The notes below the pieces were generated by a model. The model searched no databases. It had not been told where the DNA came from and saw only the letters and a program-made list of their open reading frames with translations. The position numbers and the translations under genes are program-made. A stretch of DNA of 64,000 bases from Octopus sinensis. Lineage: Eukaryota. Positions 23,941-38,769 of this stretch are shown here, one piece after another. The stretch is taken from the NCBI RefSeq assembly GCF_006345805.1, contig NC_043008.1, forward strand, positions 34,596,001 to 34,660,000. The letters run 5' to 3'. Each line of letters begins with the position of its first letter. The first letter of the stretch is position 1.

Positions 23941-24394
23941 ACTAAGCTATGTGCCTTCACAGGCTGTTCCTATTGTTATTATAATAATCCTTTCTACAGG
24001 AGGCACAAGGCCTCAAATTTGTGGGTGGGGGGACTAGTTGATTACATCAACCCCAGTGTTTCACTGGTACTTAATTTATCAACTCTGAAAGGATGAAAAG
24101 CAAAGTCGACCTAGGCAGAATTTGAACTCAGGACATAGAGACGGACGAAATGCCACCAAGTATTTTACCTGGTGTGCTAACGGTTCAGCCAGCTCACTGC
24201 CCTAATAATAGCAGGCTGTTCCTACTCTTATTATTTTAACTATTACTATCCTGCCAAAGTTGACTTGGCCTTTCATCTTTATGGAGTTGATAAATTAAGT
24301 ACCGGTGAAACACTGGGGCAGATGTAATCAGCATAATCCCCACCTGCAAGCTGCTCTTGTGTCAAAAATTTGAAATCACTACTATTATTATCAT

Positions 24395-24423
24395 CATTAT
24401 TATTATTATTGGTGGTGGTGGTG

Positions 24424-24481
<58 letters not shown>

Positions 24482-24500
24482 CAGCAGTAGCAGCAGTAAG
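24395..24500. repeat. Compound triplet microsatellite (ATT)-(GGT)-(AGT)-(AGC)
   Basis: Direct reading. Confidence 0.95.
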
Positions 24501-25299
24501 GCAGTGAGCTAGCAGAATTGTTCGTATGCCAGAAAAAAAAATGTTTAGTGACATTTCATTCACTTTTACATTCTGAGTTCAAATTCTACTGAGATCAACT
24601 TAGCCTTAGATCCTTTCAGGGCTGATAAAATAAATTAACAGTGAAGTACTAACCCCTCCCCAATTGAAAAGTCCTAGATGAAGGAAAAGCAAAGTTAATC
24701 ACAGCATGATATGAAACTCAGAATGAAGAAACTTCCACTATGAGTTCTATCCAATATGCTGCTAATTATATCAATCTACCACCCTTGGAATTAATTTATA
24801 ATAAACAAATTAAATGCAAACAAAAATTGAGAAAAATATTGATTTCTAATTTCAGCACAAATTCTACATATTTTTGCTAGGGAAGGGGTACCGCTGATTT
24901 AATCTGTGCCAATTATTTGACTAGGTCTTGTTTTATGGATGCCAATAAGCAAGATGAAACACAAGTCAATTACAGTGGGATTTAAAACTCAGAATATGTA
25001 GGAACATAACTAAATCCCAATAGGCATTTCAATTTGGCACTCTACCATTTTTGCCAATCTACTTCACATTATAATTATTAGCAAAATATTAATTCCACTT
25101 GTTTATGTCAGCTCCATCATAGTCAATAGCTAGAAATGAGCAGAATATTTATTATTCTTGTTTCAATTATCCTATGCATTGCTTTGTTGTTTTCGCACAA
25201 AGGCTATTTGCTGATGTTATGCTAAGATACGGCGGGGAAATTGTGAGTTGTTTGACCTTGTGATCGCACTTGATAGCAACATCGAGAGCAGCAAACTTT

Positions 25300-25378
25300 C
25301 ATAATAAATACATACACACATGCACACACATATATATATATTATAAATTATACACATGCATACATGTATGTATGTGTG

Positions 25379-25442
<64 letters not shown>

Positions 25443-25696
25443 AATATATATACTATACATACATACATGCATATATACACACACACATATATTATAAATT
25501 ACACACATGCATACATGTATGTGTGTGTATGTATATATGTATATCTATACTATACATACATGCATATATATATATTATATATATATATATATATACATAT
25601 ATTTATGTATACATACATACATGTGTATGTGTGTGCATGCGTGTGTATGTGTGAATGTATTTACATATATGTATATATGTTATATACGTTATAGAT

Positions 25697-25732
<36 letters not shown>

Positions 25733-25784
25733 ATACATAAGTACATGTATGTATAAATATATATTGTATCTTGTTATATGTATG

Positions 25785-25840
<56 letters not shown>

Positions 25841-25865
25841 GAGAGAGAGAGAGAGTGAGAGAGAG
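25300..25865. repeat. Compound (TA)/(CA)/(TG)/(GA) microsatellite
   Basis: Direct reading. Confidence 0.95.
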
Positions 25866-26013
25866 TGTAGTAGGGTTATAATTCAAGCAGTGTCATTCTC
25901 TTGAAACTGATCTGCGTATTCCAGAATTTCAAAATTGCATGTAGATGCTATATTTGCGCGAGGCATGCATAAGAGTTGAAAAATACTGGAAAATATTTTT
26001 TGCAGAGTAATTA

Positions 26014-26329
26014 TATATCAAAACAAGAGATTGGGAAAAAAAAAACATGTATTATTTATTCACTATTACACATGTTTCATTTGCTAATAGGAGTTACAAA
26101 ATTGTAACTGTTGGAAAACATGTAAGATATCTCCTATTAGAAATTCTTCAAACAGAGAATCAAATAATTATAAATGATTACTTGATTCTCTATCAGAAGA
26201 ATTTCTAATAGGAGATGTCTTACATGTTTTCTACTACATGTACAATTTTGTAACTCCTATTAGTATATGAAACACATGTAATGGTGAATAATAAAACCAA
26301 AACTTTTTTCTACCCTCTGTTTTGATATA
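26014..26329. mobile_element. Foldback MITE: about 150-bp inverted arms, very short loop
   Basis: TATATCAAAACA...TGTTTTGATATA ends; arms match through CTAATAGGAGTTACAAAATTGTA and GAAAACATGTAAGA-ATCTCCTATTAGAAATTCTTC. Confidence 0.9.
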
Positions 26330-26330
26330 T

Positions 26331-28401
<2,071 letters not shown>

Positions 28402-28425
28402 TATATATATATATATATATATATA

Positions 28426-28690
28426 CAGGGGTTGGACAAAATAATGGAAGCACCTAGCATCATAGCATCATAATTTTAAAATATCTATAAAAACATCAAA
28501 AGCTTGTTTATATTTGTTTCTTGATTTATTATTAGTGTTGCTTGATATGTTTTGCTAAAATTGCTGTTTCTTTTCAGCTATCATCAGAAAAAGGTAAATA
28601 AATTCATTAAAATGACAGATCTATCGGACTTTCAAAGAAGTCAAATTGTTGGTGCTCGTATGGCAGGCACTAGCGTAACAAAAACTGCTG
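28426..28690 (+). mobile_element. Tc1-like transposon 5' end
   Basis: TA|CAGGGGTTGGACAAAATAATGG terminus next to (TA)n; ATG at 28612 gives MTDLSDFQRSQIVGARMAGTSVTKTA (Tc1 paired-like HTH start). Confidence 0.85.
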
Positions 28691-28714
28691 CTCACTGCCT
28701 TCATCTATTGTAAT

Positions 28715-28935
28715 ATTGATTTCTAACTCTGGCACAAGGCCAGCAATTTTAGGGAATGGGATAAATTGATCACATTGATCCTAGTATTCAACTGGTACTT
28801 ATTTTATTGACCTCAAAAGGGTGAAAGGCAAAGCTAACCCCCAGTTGTATTTGAACTCAGAACATAAAGTAGGAAGAAATGCCACTAAGCATTTTCCCCA
28901 GTGTGGCAACAATTTTACCAGTTTGCTGCCTTCAT
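28715..28935 (-). mobile_element. SINE family B
   Basis: Full-length similarity to 60584-60800; flanked by near-duplicate CATCT-TTGTAATA-T. Confidence 0.8.
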
Positions 28936-28984
28936 CTCTTGTAATACTAAAAGAGTCAGTGAAGGAGCTTTTCTCTCAATATGG

Positions 28985-29180
28985 TATTTTGACCTGCTAA
29001 AAATAGCAGCAAAATCTCCTTCAAATCATATCTCACTGTCTTATAAGGCACACATTGGATAATACTGTCCTAGGTTTCATGCACATAGTAAGAGACAAGG
29101 TGGACCCAGTCAGAATGCCTTTGGTCACAGAGCTATTAAATCAGAGTTAAACAGGCTAAATAGCAACAACAACAACAATT
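28985..29180 (+). mobile_element. Short repeat family F ending in (CAA)n
   Basis: GACCTGCTA-AAATAGCAGC-AAATCTCC-TCAAATCA...GAATGCCTTTG-TCA; related copies at about 8765-8890 (+), 53865-54140 (-), 58170-58250 (-), 58470-58655 (+). Confidence 0.65.
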
Positions 29181-29244
29181 AGAACTATACTAGTTAGTGT
29201 TAAAATTATAATCCATTTAAATAAATTCGTAAATTCGTGACTTC

Positions 29245-29590
29245 ACATCAACAGAAGAAGAAGAAGAAGAAGAAGAAGAAGAAGAAGAAGAAGAAGAAGA
29301 AGAAGAAGAAGAAGAAGAAGAAGAAGAAGAAGAAGAAGAAGAAGAAGAAGAAGAAGAAGAAGGAGAAGAAGAAGGAGAAGAAGAAGAAGGAGGAGGAGGA
29401 GGAGGAGGAGGAGGAGGAGGAGGAGGTGGTGGTGGTGGTGGTGACGACGACGATGACGAAGACGACGACGACGACGAAGACGACGACGACGACGGAGACG
29501 ACGACGACGACGAAGACGACGACGACGACGAAGACGACGACGACGACGAAGACGACGACGACGACGAAGACGGCGATGATGATGATGAAC
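29245..29590. repeat. Compound triplet array (GAA)-(GAG)-(GTG)-(GAC/GAA)-(GAT)
   Basis: Direct reading. Confidence 0.95.
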
Positions 29591-29894
29591 ATATTATCAG
29601 CCTGCATTAACTTGTACATTTCTAGCTTTCTCAATTGTGCTTTCAGGTCAAAATAATGTTAAGTTGATTTCTTATTCTCACCTACGGTGTAGGCTTCTAA
29701 TTGATTTATCGGCTCCTTTATGACAATATTACACACAGCCAAAGCTTTAATGTCACTCAATAGTCTGTTTCTTACTCATTACTGGTTGCACGTTAATGAC
29801 CGCTTTACACATCAGAGGAAAACCAATACAACATTTAGTCTTGTAATTTCAGAAAACTCATGACGATTCATTATTGCAAGTCGGGGGGGGGGGT

Positions 29895-29967
29895 GCATGT
29901 GTATGCATGTATGTGTATGTGTATGTGTATGTATGTATGTATATATATATATATAATATATATACAC

Positions 29968-30006
<39 letters not shown>

Positions 30007-30284
30007 CATATATATGTATGTATATATGCATATATATGTGCATATATATATGCATATATATATATATGTATATATATATATAAATGCATATATATATATA
30101 TGTATGTATGCATATATATATATATATATATGCATACATACAGATATATATCAATATATACATATATATATGCATATATATATAAGCATATATATGTGTG
30201 TGTGCATATATATGTGCTTATATGCATATATGTATATGGATATACATATATATACATGCATATATATATGCATATATATATACA

Positions 30285-30380
<96 letters not shown>

Positions 30381-30446
30381 CACATATATATATATGTATA
30401 TATCTCTATATATGTGTGTGTATATTTATGTGTGTATGAGTGTGTG

Positions 30447-30491
<45 letters not shown>

Positions 30492-30515
30492 TACATACAT
30501 ATATGTATCTGTCTA
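29895..30515. repeat. Long degenerate (TA)n/(TATG)/(CA) microsatellite
   Basis: Direct reading; source of many YI-repeat ORFs. Confidence 0.95.
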
Positions 30516-31342
30516 TTTAATTGTCTGTTTCTCTTTCTAAAGTTATGAAACCAGTAAAAGATGTGGAGTAGGGGTGCATATGTATGTTCATAATTATGTA
30601 TGTATAAAATGTGTGGTAACATCTACTTGGGAGCTGATTAGTAACAGCATATATCAAACATTTACCTAGTCTGCTCTGACTAACATATATTGATTACATG
30701 AACACTAATCTTAATGTTTTCAAATCTATAATCTTTTTAAGCTACTATTCAGTCATAAACACATCTAAAACAATCAGACATAAATGATTTACACCAGTAT
30801 ATATTTGCTCTTCATCCTTGTAAATATCTCAACAATGCTTTCTTCCTTTTTTGCTTTTTTTTATTAGACATGTCTTTGTGTAGCTACATATCTTAGACAT
30901 AAAAGAAAATATAATTAATTGGATTTTTTTTTTTTCCGGGAAAGAACAATAAACAGCAATGTAACTAAGTGGGATTCCAAATACCTTGGAGACAAAATGT
31001 GACAGAATTGATTTTAAAACATAATGAACTGTGTTTGTGAGAAGAAAAAACATCTTTTCGCTCCAACTGTAGGCAAGACAATATGACAATATATATGGAA
31101 AAACACTGGAAGCTTTAAACTGAATATTTATAGCAGATCACAGCTTAATGGTTATTCTATAAATAATACAAGGTCATCATCATCTTCCTAATCATTTAAT
31201 GTCCACTTTTCTGTGCTTGCTTGGGTCAGACAGAATTTGCTGAGGGAATTTTTCTGTGGCTGGTTTCCATCTCTTCATATAATTAAAGATGAACAAAAAA
31301 GTTTTCTCTTATTTCTATTAGAAACAGCAACAGTTAACTAGA

Positions 31343-31571
31343 TTAACCCATTAGCATTCAGATAATTCTGTCAAATGCAATGCTTATTCATTCACATTAT
31401 TTTGAATTAATTATGCATTATCTCAAAGCTTCAAGATTACAATGGTATGATTGTTTATTTTTAGAATGACATTGTAGGGAAGGTGTGAGAGGCCAGATCT
31501 AGCCAGTTTGAACATAAAACAGGTAGAATATTTTGGGCCAAATATGGCTTGTTTAAATGTGAAAGGGATAA
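31343..31571. mobile_element. piggyBac-like MITE (about 230 bp)
   Basis: TTAA|CCC-TTAGCATT ... AATG-GAAAGGG|ATAA; further copies at about 31850-31932, 34719-34970, 35370-35540, 54753-54975. Confidence 0.75.
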
Positions 31572-32182
31572 AGGTTTGGAGAAAGTGCCTTGCAGTATTT
31601 ATTTACAGCTCTTTACATTCTGAGTTGAAATCCTATGAAGTCAATTTGCTTTTTGTTCCAAGTGAGCTCTTATATGTCATTTTCCTCTGGCCCTAGTTTT
31701 GTTAGTGATCACCAAACTACTGTGCATGGTACCCTGTTAAAGCTTTTTCTCAAGTCAACAAATGCCAGGAATGGTCATTTGTTATTGGCTAAGAACTTCA
31801 CCTGTAGTTACATCACTAAGAAGAGAGCATCAGTAGTCCCCTATCTCGAGAGACCAGATCTAGCCAGTTTGAACATTAAACAAAGAGAATATTTAGGCCA
31901 GATATGGCCAGCTTAAATGCTAAAACGTTAAGTTAACTTAATCTTGAAGAAAATGAAGATCACCAGATAAATTCTACTGCACATATCTCATCAACTAAAC
32001 ATATCTACCATTCAAAATCCTCAGATAATGAACCTATGAAAGAATCTCTAAATGGTCATTCAAATTACAAGAATTAACAACCAAAAACTTCTTACTACAT
32101 CCAACTTACTACATCCAAGACGGTAGGGTATAATGAAAGGAAGGCATTTCAGCTGTGATCTTATATATGTCAACTCAGTTAC

Positions 32183-32189
32183 CTTGAGG
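32183..32189 (-). other. Candidate 7-nt microexon
   Basis: ttattcttgtttgctcag|CCTCAAG|gtaact. Confidence 0.25.
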
Positions 32190-32924
32190 CTGAGCAAACA
32201 AGAATAACAATGAGAGTTTTGAAACATATTTCAAGATAAAACATTGAGCTTATGCCTGAAGTATCTGTCATGAAAGAAATTGGCTTTATGTTTACATGTT
32301 TAAAAATCTATTCTTTGTGAATGCTTTTTTTAACTCCATCTATATGATCCTTTACTAGAAAATACTAGCCATATTTGGCTGCTTTGAGTGAAGAGCACTA
32401 TGAAGGAACTTGGCTTAGTGGTTAAGGTGTTGCACTTATGATTTTGCAATTGTAGTTTTGATTCCTGGACTGGGTGATGCATTGTGTTCTTGAGCAAAAC
32501 ACTTTATTTCATGTTGCTCTGGTCCACTCAGCTATAGAAATGAGTAAGTCTGTGATGGACTGGCATCCTGTCTATGAGAAATATTATGATCTTGGTTACT
32601 TATGATTCATGGCAACTGGGAAACCATCCATATAACCATATGAGCCTTAGGACTCAAGACAGTATTTACTTTAGTGAAGTCGACACTGATACAATCATTT
32701 GGACCAAGTCTCTGATCTGAGAATAATTTCCTCCATTCCTACCACCAGTTCTGGAATCCCTGAAAGGTTCATAGGCTCTGTTCTTTCTCTTCTGACAAAA
32801 CCTTTTTAAAAAAATAACAATTTATAAAACTGACGTAAAAACTTCTCTTCAGCATATTTACTTTCCTAGTCTTTCATTCCAAGATACATTTGGCATACTA
32901 TTGGGATTCAATGGGAATTTAAAA

Positions 32925-33152
32925 TACTCTTTACTCTTTTACTCTTTTCTTTGTTTCAGTCATTTGATTGTGGCCATGCTGGAGCACCACCTTTAGTTGA
33001 GCAAATCGACTCCAGGACTTATTCTTTGTAAGCTTATTACTTATTCTATCAGTCTCTTTTGCTGAACCGTTAAGTTACCGGGACGTAAACACACCAGCAT
33101 CGGTTGTCAAGTGATGTTGGGGGGGGGGGGACAAAGACAGACACACAAACAT

Positions 33153-33183
<31 letters not shown>

Positions 33184-33352
33184 CGTATATACTATGGGCT
33201 TCTTTCAGTTTTCGTCTGCCAAATCCACTCTCAGAGCTTTGGTCAGCCCGACACTATAGTAGAAGACCCAAGGTGCCACGCAGTGGGACTGAACCAGGAA
33301 CCATGTAGTTGGTAAGCAAGCTACTTACCACACAGCCACCCCTACACCTATG
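32925..33352 (-). mobile_element. SINE family A
   Basis: Full-length similarity to other family A copies. Confidence 0.9.
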
Positions 33353-33954
33353 ATTTAAGAAATTAAGAATACTTTGTGTGATCTTTGTAGAAAAAAAATT
33401 TTTTAAGAAAAATACTGAGAGAAACTTGTAAATATCTCACTAACAGTGGCTATATTCCAATCAGTTGTTTGTATTGATCAAATAATATTGTAAAACTGGG
33501 AACTCATTCAATTGAAATTCATTGAAATAATCAAGTTTTGAGCAATAAATAAATTTTCATTCAAAACTTCATTAATCTTTTTATAAAATAGTAGCATCTA
33601 AGGAAACTAGTAACGTTGTCTGTCAGCAACTAGTCACAAAATGAGTTCAAACAGTCGAATAAATTTTATGATGTGAGGAAGAAGAGAAGAGTTTCAGATA
33701 GAACTTTTCATTGGAGAGAGAGAAGTGTCTTCTCACTCAGTAAAAGTGTTTTACTCAAAAACTTTGATTCTTCTTCTTTCCTCAAACTATAAAATATATT
33801 CCCATTGTTTGAGATCCTTACTTTTTAATGTTGTATCACCAAATTACTTCAACACTTTTTAGCTATCATGTGACATTATCCTCCTCATCCTCCAATATTG
33901 TCATTGTTGTTACCATCAACATCATCATTGTTATTGTCACCATTGTTGGCATTG

Positions 33955-33985
<31 letters not shown>

Positions 33986-34974
33986 TGTCATCATCTTCAT
34001 CATTGTGATCACCATTGCTGTTATTTATCTAATCAATGTTTTCTGACATTTATATAACCATATTGATGATTGGGTAATTTTCATTTATTTAATCAAATTT
34101 ATCTATCTCAACAGACAGATAACTCCTTAACGGTTAGCAATTATGATGATGGAGAACCACTGTTTCATTTCCTTATATCTCATGTTTAGAAAACAGAAAA
34201 CAGTAAAGCAATATATAATCATTGAAATATTTGTTTGCCTAAAACAAATTATGAAATATTTTTAATCTTTGATACTGTAGTTCTTAGATATTCTCACACA
34301 CACACACACACGCACATGCCTTTGATGTATAGTTCCTATTCAAATAACCATATGTCTTTGATGTAACAAACCTTTTCCCTCAAGAAAAGCAAATAATGCT
34401 TTCGTGACTTAAATATTAAAACTATTGATACATTTTCTTACACACGAATAATAAATAATATGAAAATTGAATGAAAACAGAGAATGGATTCTGCATCTCA
34501 TCCTTTTATCTAGCTGCAGTAATTAACTATAGAATTATAGAATCAGAAGAAAACTCTTGTGAGACAACAACTCTTACTCTCAGGAGTAAGGGTTGCCCCA
34601 TAAGTAAAAGACCCTCAGTTGAAGTGCTAAGAAGGATAAAACTCCTTTGGTTAAAGCTTTTTCAATAAAAAAATTTCTAAAATACTTTACAGGCAAAATA
34701 ATTTAATGCAGTGTGTATTTAACTCTTTAGCATTCAGATTACTCTGATGAATGTGATACTTATTTATTCAGATCGTTTTGAATTAATTATGCATTATCTG
34801 TTAGCTTTTTGAGATTTTGATGATGCACTCGCTTATTTTTAAAATGACATGTAGGGTAGGTGTGAGAGATGAAATCCAGCCAGTTTTAACATGAAACAGC
34901 TCAAATATTTGGGTCAGAGATGGCTGATTTAACCCTTTAGCGTTCATATTATTTTGTGAAATGTAAGTGCTTGA

Positions 34975-35358
34975 GGAGACCTATTGAGTCAAGTACATCA
35001 ACATCAAAAAATCAAATGGAAATTGTTGCTGGGATACCTGTGCAGGTAGTATGTAAAAAGCACCATCCGAATGTGGCCAATGCCAGTGCCACCTTGACTG
35101 GCTTCCATGTTGGTGGCACGTAAAAAGCACCAACCAATCATGGCCGTTACCAGCCTCCCCTCGCACCTGTGCCAGTGGCATGTAAAAATCACCCACTACA
35201 CTCACAGAGTGGTTGGCGTTAGGAAGGGCATCCAGCTGTAGAAACACTGCCAGATCAGACTGGAGCCTGGTGCAGCCTCCTGGTTTCCTTTACCCCGGTC
35301 GAACCATCCAACCCATGCTAGCATGGAAAACGGACGTTAAACGATGATGATGATGTAA
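34975..35358 (+). mobile_element. RTE 3'-tail element with about three degenerate AAAAGCACC units
   Basis: Same tail as 20560-20730. Confidence 0.8.
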
Positions 35359-35564
35359 TGATTATTTATTCATAATGTTTTGAATTAATCATGCATTATC
35401 TTGTAGCTTCAAGATTTTAATGATGTTATTGTTTATTTTCAGAATGACATTGTAAGGTAGGTGTGAGAGGCCAGATCTGGCCAGTTTGAACATAAAACAT
35501 GGGCTAGACATGGCTGGTTTAAATGTGAAAGAGTTAAATGCTGAAGAGTTAATAATGGTTTCTG

Positions 35565-36180
35565 ATACAGGCACAACGTTGTAATTTTGAGAAGAAGGGA
35601 TCAGTTGATTATTTGACTGCTTCTATAATTCACTAACTCCAGTTGAATGAAAAGCAATGTTAACTTTGGCAGGATTTGAACTCAAAACATAAAATATCAG
35701 AACATGTGTTGCAAGAACTTTTTTCTGACTCTAATAATTCTGCCAGCTCAACACCTTGTGTACTCAATAATTCTTTCTAGTTTTTCCACAGGGACTACAA
35801 TCCTAGGGGTGAGTGTAAGTCAATTATGTGGCCTCAATGCTCAACTGGTGCTTTATTTTATCAACCCTGAGAGGATGAAAGGCCAAGTTGGCCTCAACAA
35901 GACTTGATTTCAGAATGAAAAGGTTGGTGTATATTCAAAAATGAAAGCATTATTCATGTAAGGCAGTGAGCTGGCAGAATCGTTAGCACAATGCGCAAAA
36001 GGTTTAATGCCATTTGTCCATCTTCACATTCTGAGTTCAAATTCCACTGAGTTCAACCTTACCTTTCATTTTTGGGGGGTTGATAAAATAAGTACAATCT
36101 TATCACTGGGGTCAATGTAATCAATTTACCCCTTCCCCGAAATTGCTGGCTGTGTGCCAAAATTTGAAATTAATATATTA
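35565..36180. mobile_element. SINE family B cluster: two minus copies, one plus copy (35960-36180)
   Basis: Similarity to family B. Confidence 0.75.
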
Positions 36181-36279
36181 CTCTTGTATTTTCTATAATT
36201 TGCTGTGTTTGAAAAGATATGTGAAGCTAAATAAAAGCATGGTTGCCCTTACATACAGGCTTGTCCCCTGCAACCCTCT

Positions 36280-36510
36280 CCAGCTGAGCATTCCTAAATC
36301 TTGTGGGCTTGTAGGTGCTGGTGCCACATAAAAAGCACCCATACCGATGCTACATAAAAGCACCCAGTAAACTGTGTATAGTGGTTGGCATTAAGAAGGG
36401 TATCCAGCCATAGAAACCATGCCAAAACAGACAGGGAACCTGAACAGCCCTTTAGCTGGTCAGTTCCTGTCAAAGGGTCCAACCCATGCCAGCATGGAAA
36501 CAGACATCAA

Positions 36511-36572
<62 letters not shown>
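36280..36572 (+). mobile_element. RTE 3'-tail element with (GAT)n
   Basis: GTGGTTGGCATTAAGAAGGGTATCCAGCC...CCATGCCAGCATGGAAACAGAC. Confidence 0.8.
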
Positions 36573-36573
<1 letters not shown>

Positions 36574-36689
36574 CTTTCACTTTGTATGAACTAAAATTAA
36601 GCAATTAATAAATTAATAATATAATGATTTTTATGATTCTTTCCCTTTTGGGCCCCAATGAAGGATGTTTCTGAAGTCCAATTTTATGG

Positions 36690-37050
36690 AATCAGTGCGG
36701 GTTGGATGTGAGGAATCTAGGTTGTATGTGGATAACCTTGGATGCAGAAAGTTCTGAATGACTGAAGGTCAGTACCATCTGCATAGAAATGGTCAATGTT
36801 GTTGGAGGTGGATGCAAGTAGGTCTTTGACATGTTGGAGAGAGTCAGAGATAAAAAAAAAGGTCTGGGACTCAACAGAGATAACAGTGTGTGGATGGGAG
36901 AGAAGTTCAGTGCATAATCACAATTGTGCAATCTGAAGCTACCACTCCAAGAGATGAGTCACTGATGCAGTTTATGAAGGAAGTTTTGTCAGGAGATTTG
37001 CATGCCAAATCTCTTGAGATATAGTCAAGTGCTTTGATGATGTCAAATGC
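36690..37050 (-). mobile_element. Old CR1/Jockey-like LINE RT fragment
   Basis: Minus strand contains an ...LLASTSNN..FYADG segment (YADD-like) after an SVLSP-like segment; heavily degraded. Confidence 0.45.
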
Positions 37051-37074
37051 AAATGTACAAAGACAGAAGCAAAT

Positions 37075-37400
37075 AGATTAAAGGAAGAAAGAAAGAGGAA
37101 GAAGGAAGGAAGGAAGAGGAGGAAGGAAGGAAGGAAGGAAGGAAGGAAGGAAGGTGGGTGGATGGATGGATGGATAGATAGAGAGATAGATAGACCAAGA
37201 GAGTGAGGAAAAATGTGAGAGAAACAATCTAAGTGAATGAGAAATGTAGAAAGAGAGCAAGACAAACAGAAACAGAGTGAGTAAAAAGAAAAAGCAAGGG
37301 TAGAGTGAACAAAGATAGAGAGAGGGGGGAGAGGATAGAGTAAGAAGAAAATGAGGAACAGAATGAATAAAAAAAAGAGAGTAAGAGAGAAGAGGCTGAA
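37075..37400. repeat. Purine-rich (GGAA)/(GGAT)/(GA) low-complexity tract
   Basis: Direct reading. Confidence 0.9.
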
Positions 37401-38769
37401 ATCAGGTTTTTGGTTTATTTATGAAAGGAAATATTTTTTCATTATGTAAACTATAATTTCACATTTAAAATATCAAGTTGAAAATTTTCAATTAACTAGG
37501 ATTATGCAATTAATTGATAAAAAACAGCAAATGAGGGAAGTATCTCAAAAACATTATCACTAGCATTTCCTCAAAAGTTGAGTCTTTGGTCTGAAATGTT
37601 GGTTACAAATTTTGGCACAAGGCCAGCAGTTTCAGGGGAGGGTGTAAGTCGATTACATCAACCCCAGTACTTAACTGGTACTTCTTTTATCAACCCCCAA
37701 AAAGATGAAAAGCAAAGTCGATCTTGGTGGAATTTGAATTTAGAATATGAAGACAGATGCAAAGTTGCTAGTTAGCTAATGCTGCTAAATTGGGGCTTGA
37801 ATTAATGGTTTGATGAGAATTAGACTGTCTCTATTTTATTTATTAGAAATTGATTCTTATAGTGGGAAAGCTTAGATGGTTCAAAGGGACAAAAAGCCCC
37901 TATTGAGCTTTAGTGATATGTAAATTTATTATTATTTAATTTGTTTTTAAATTGATATAATATATTTGTCACTGGGATGTATTTAAAATTAACTTTGGTT
38001 GGGGTGATCAAGGAATAAAGGTATTAGATTAGTTTAACTTCTTTAAAATATAAATTTTATAGAGTAATAAACCGAAGACTTTGCTTATAAGTTACCATAG
38101 TGATAATAGCACAATTTTGGGGGTTTTTTTTTGCGAATTCATATTGAAATGCTGTTTTTGTCTAACATGCTAATGATTCTGCCATCTCATCACTTTCTTT
38201 AATTTGAAATATTGTCAGGTCACTCTCAAGTACTACTTGCTGCAAGGTCACTCGCAAGAGCTATTAGTAACATGTAACCTGTCATATGGTCAGGTCATTG
38301 GCATTTAAACAGGTAACCCCATCGTGCTTGCTTGATGAGGAGGGTGATTTATTGGATGCCTTGTGGGATAAAAAACAAAACCTGTCAAAAGGTGGAGGAA
38401 CTCAAGAGAGTCAATAGCCATCCAATAATATGTGAAGGCACATAGCCTAATACTCAGGGGTGTTGCTCTCGTGATTACGAGATCATGATTTCAATTCCCA
38501 GAATGGGTGTACATTGTGTTCTTGGGTAGAACATTTCATTTCACATTGTTTCAGTCTACTCAGCTGTAACCTTGTGACAGACTGGCATTCAAGAGTGTGA
38601 TGGTGACTGAGGAAAACCATCTGAATGGAGGCCTCAGGAGCCACGCTTTGTATCCAGTGACTGAAAGGACAAATAGTACAACCCCTGCTGTGAGTCCTGA
38701 CTGGTTAGGATTGGTTGTTCAAAGGATGAATGAATGAATATTTTTGACAACTGTTGTATAGTGAAAATG

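Noticed and set aside
29812-30548. Many long ORFs rich in YI, CV, TH, poly-I, poly-K or poly-D
   Set aside because: Translations of di- and trinucleotide microsatellites that lack stop codons; the same applies at 6.9, 12.3, 21.6, 25.3, 26.5, 29.2, 44 and 51.4 kb
32083-32115. 14-bp tandem duplication CTTACTACATCCAA
   Set aside because: Simple slippage or repair duplication with no associated element; similar small duplications at about 2920, 13090, 14330 and 16000
37075-37400. Potential triplex-forming purine tract as a functional element
   Set aside because: Ordinary low-complexity sequence, common in this genome type
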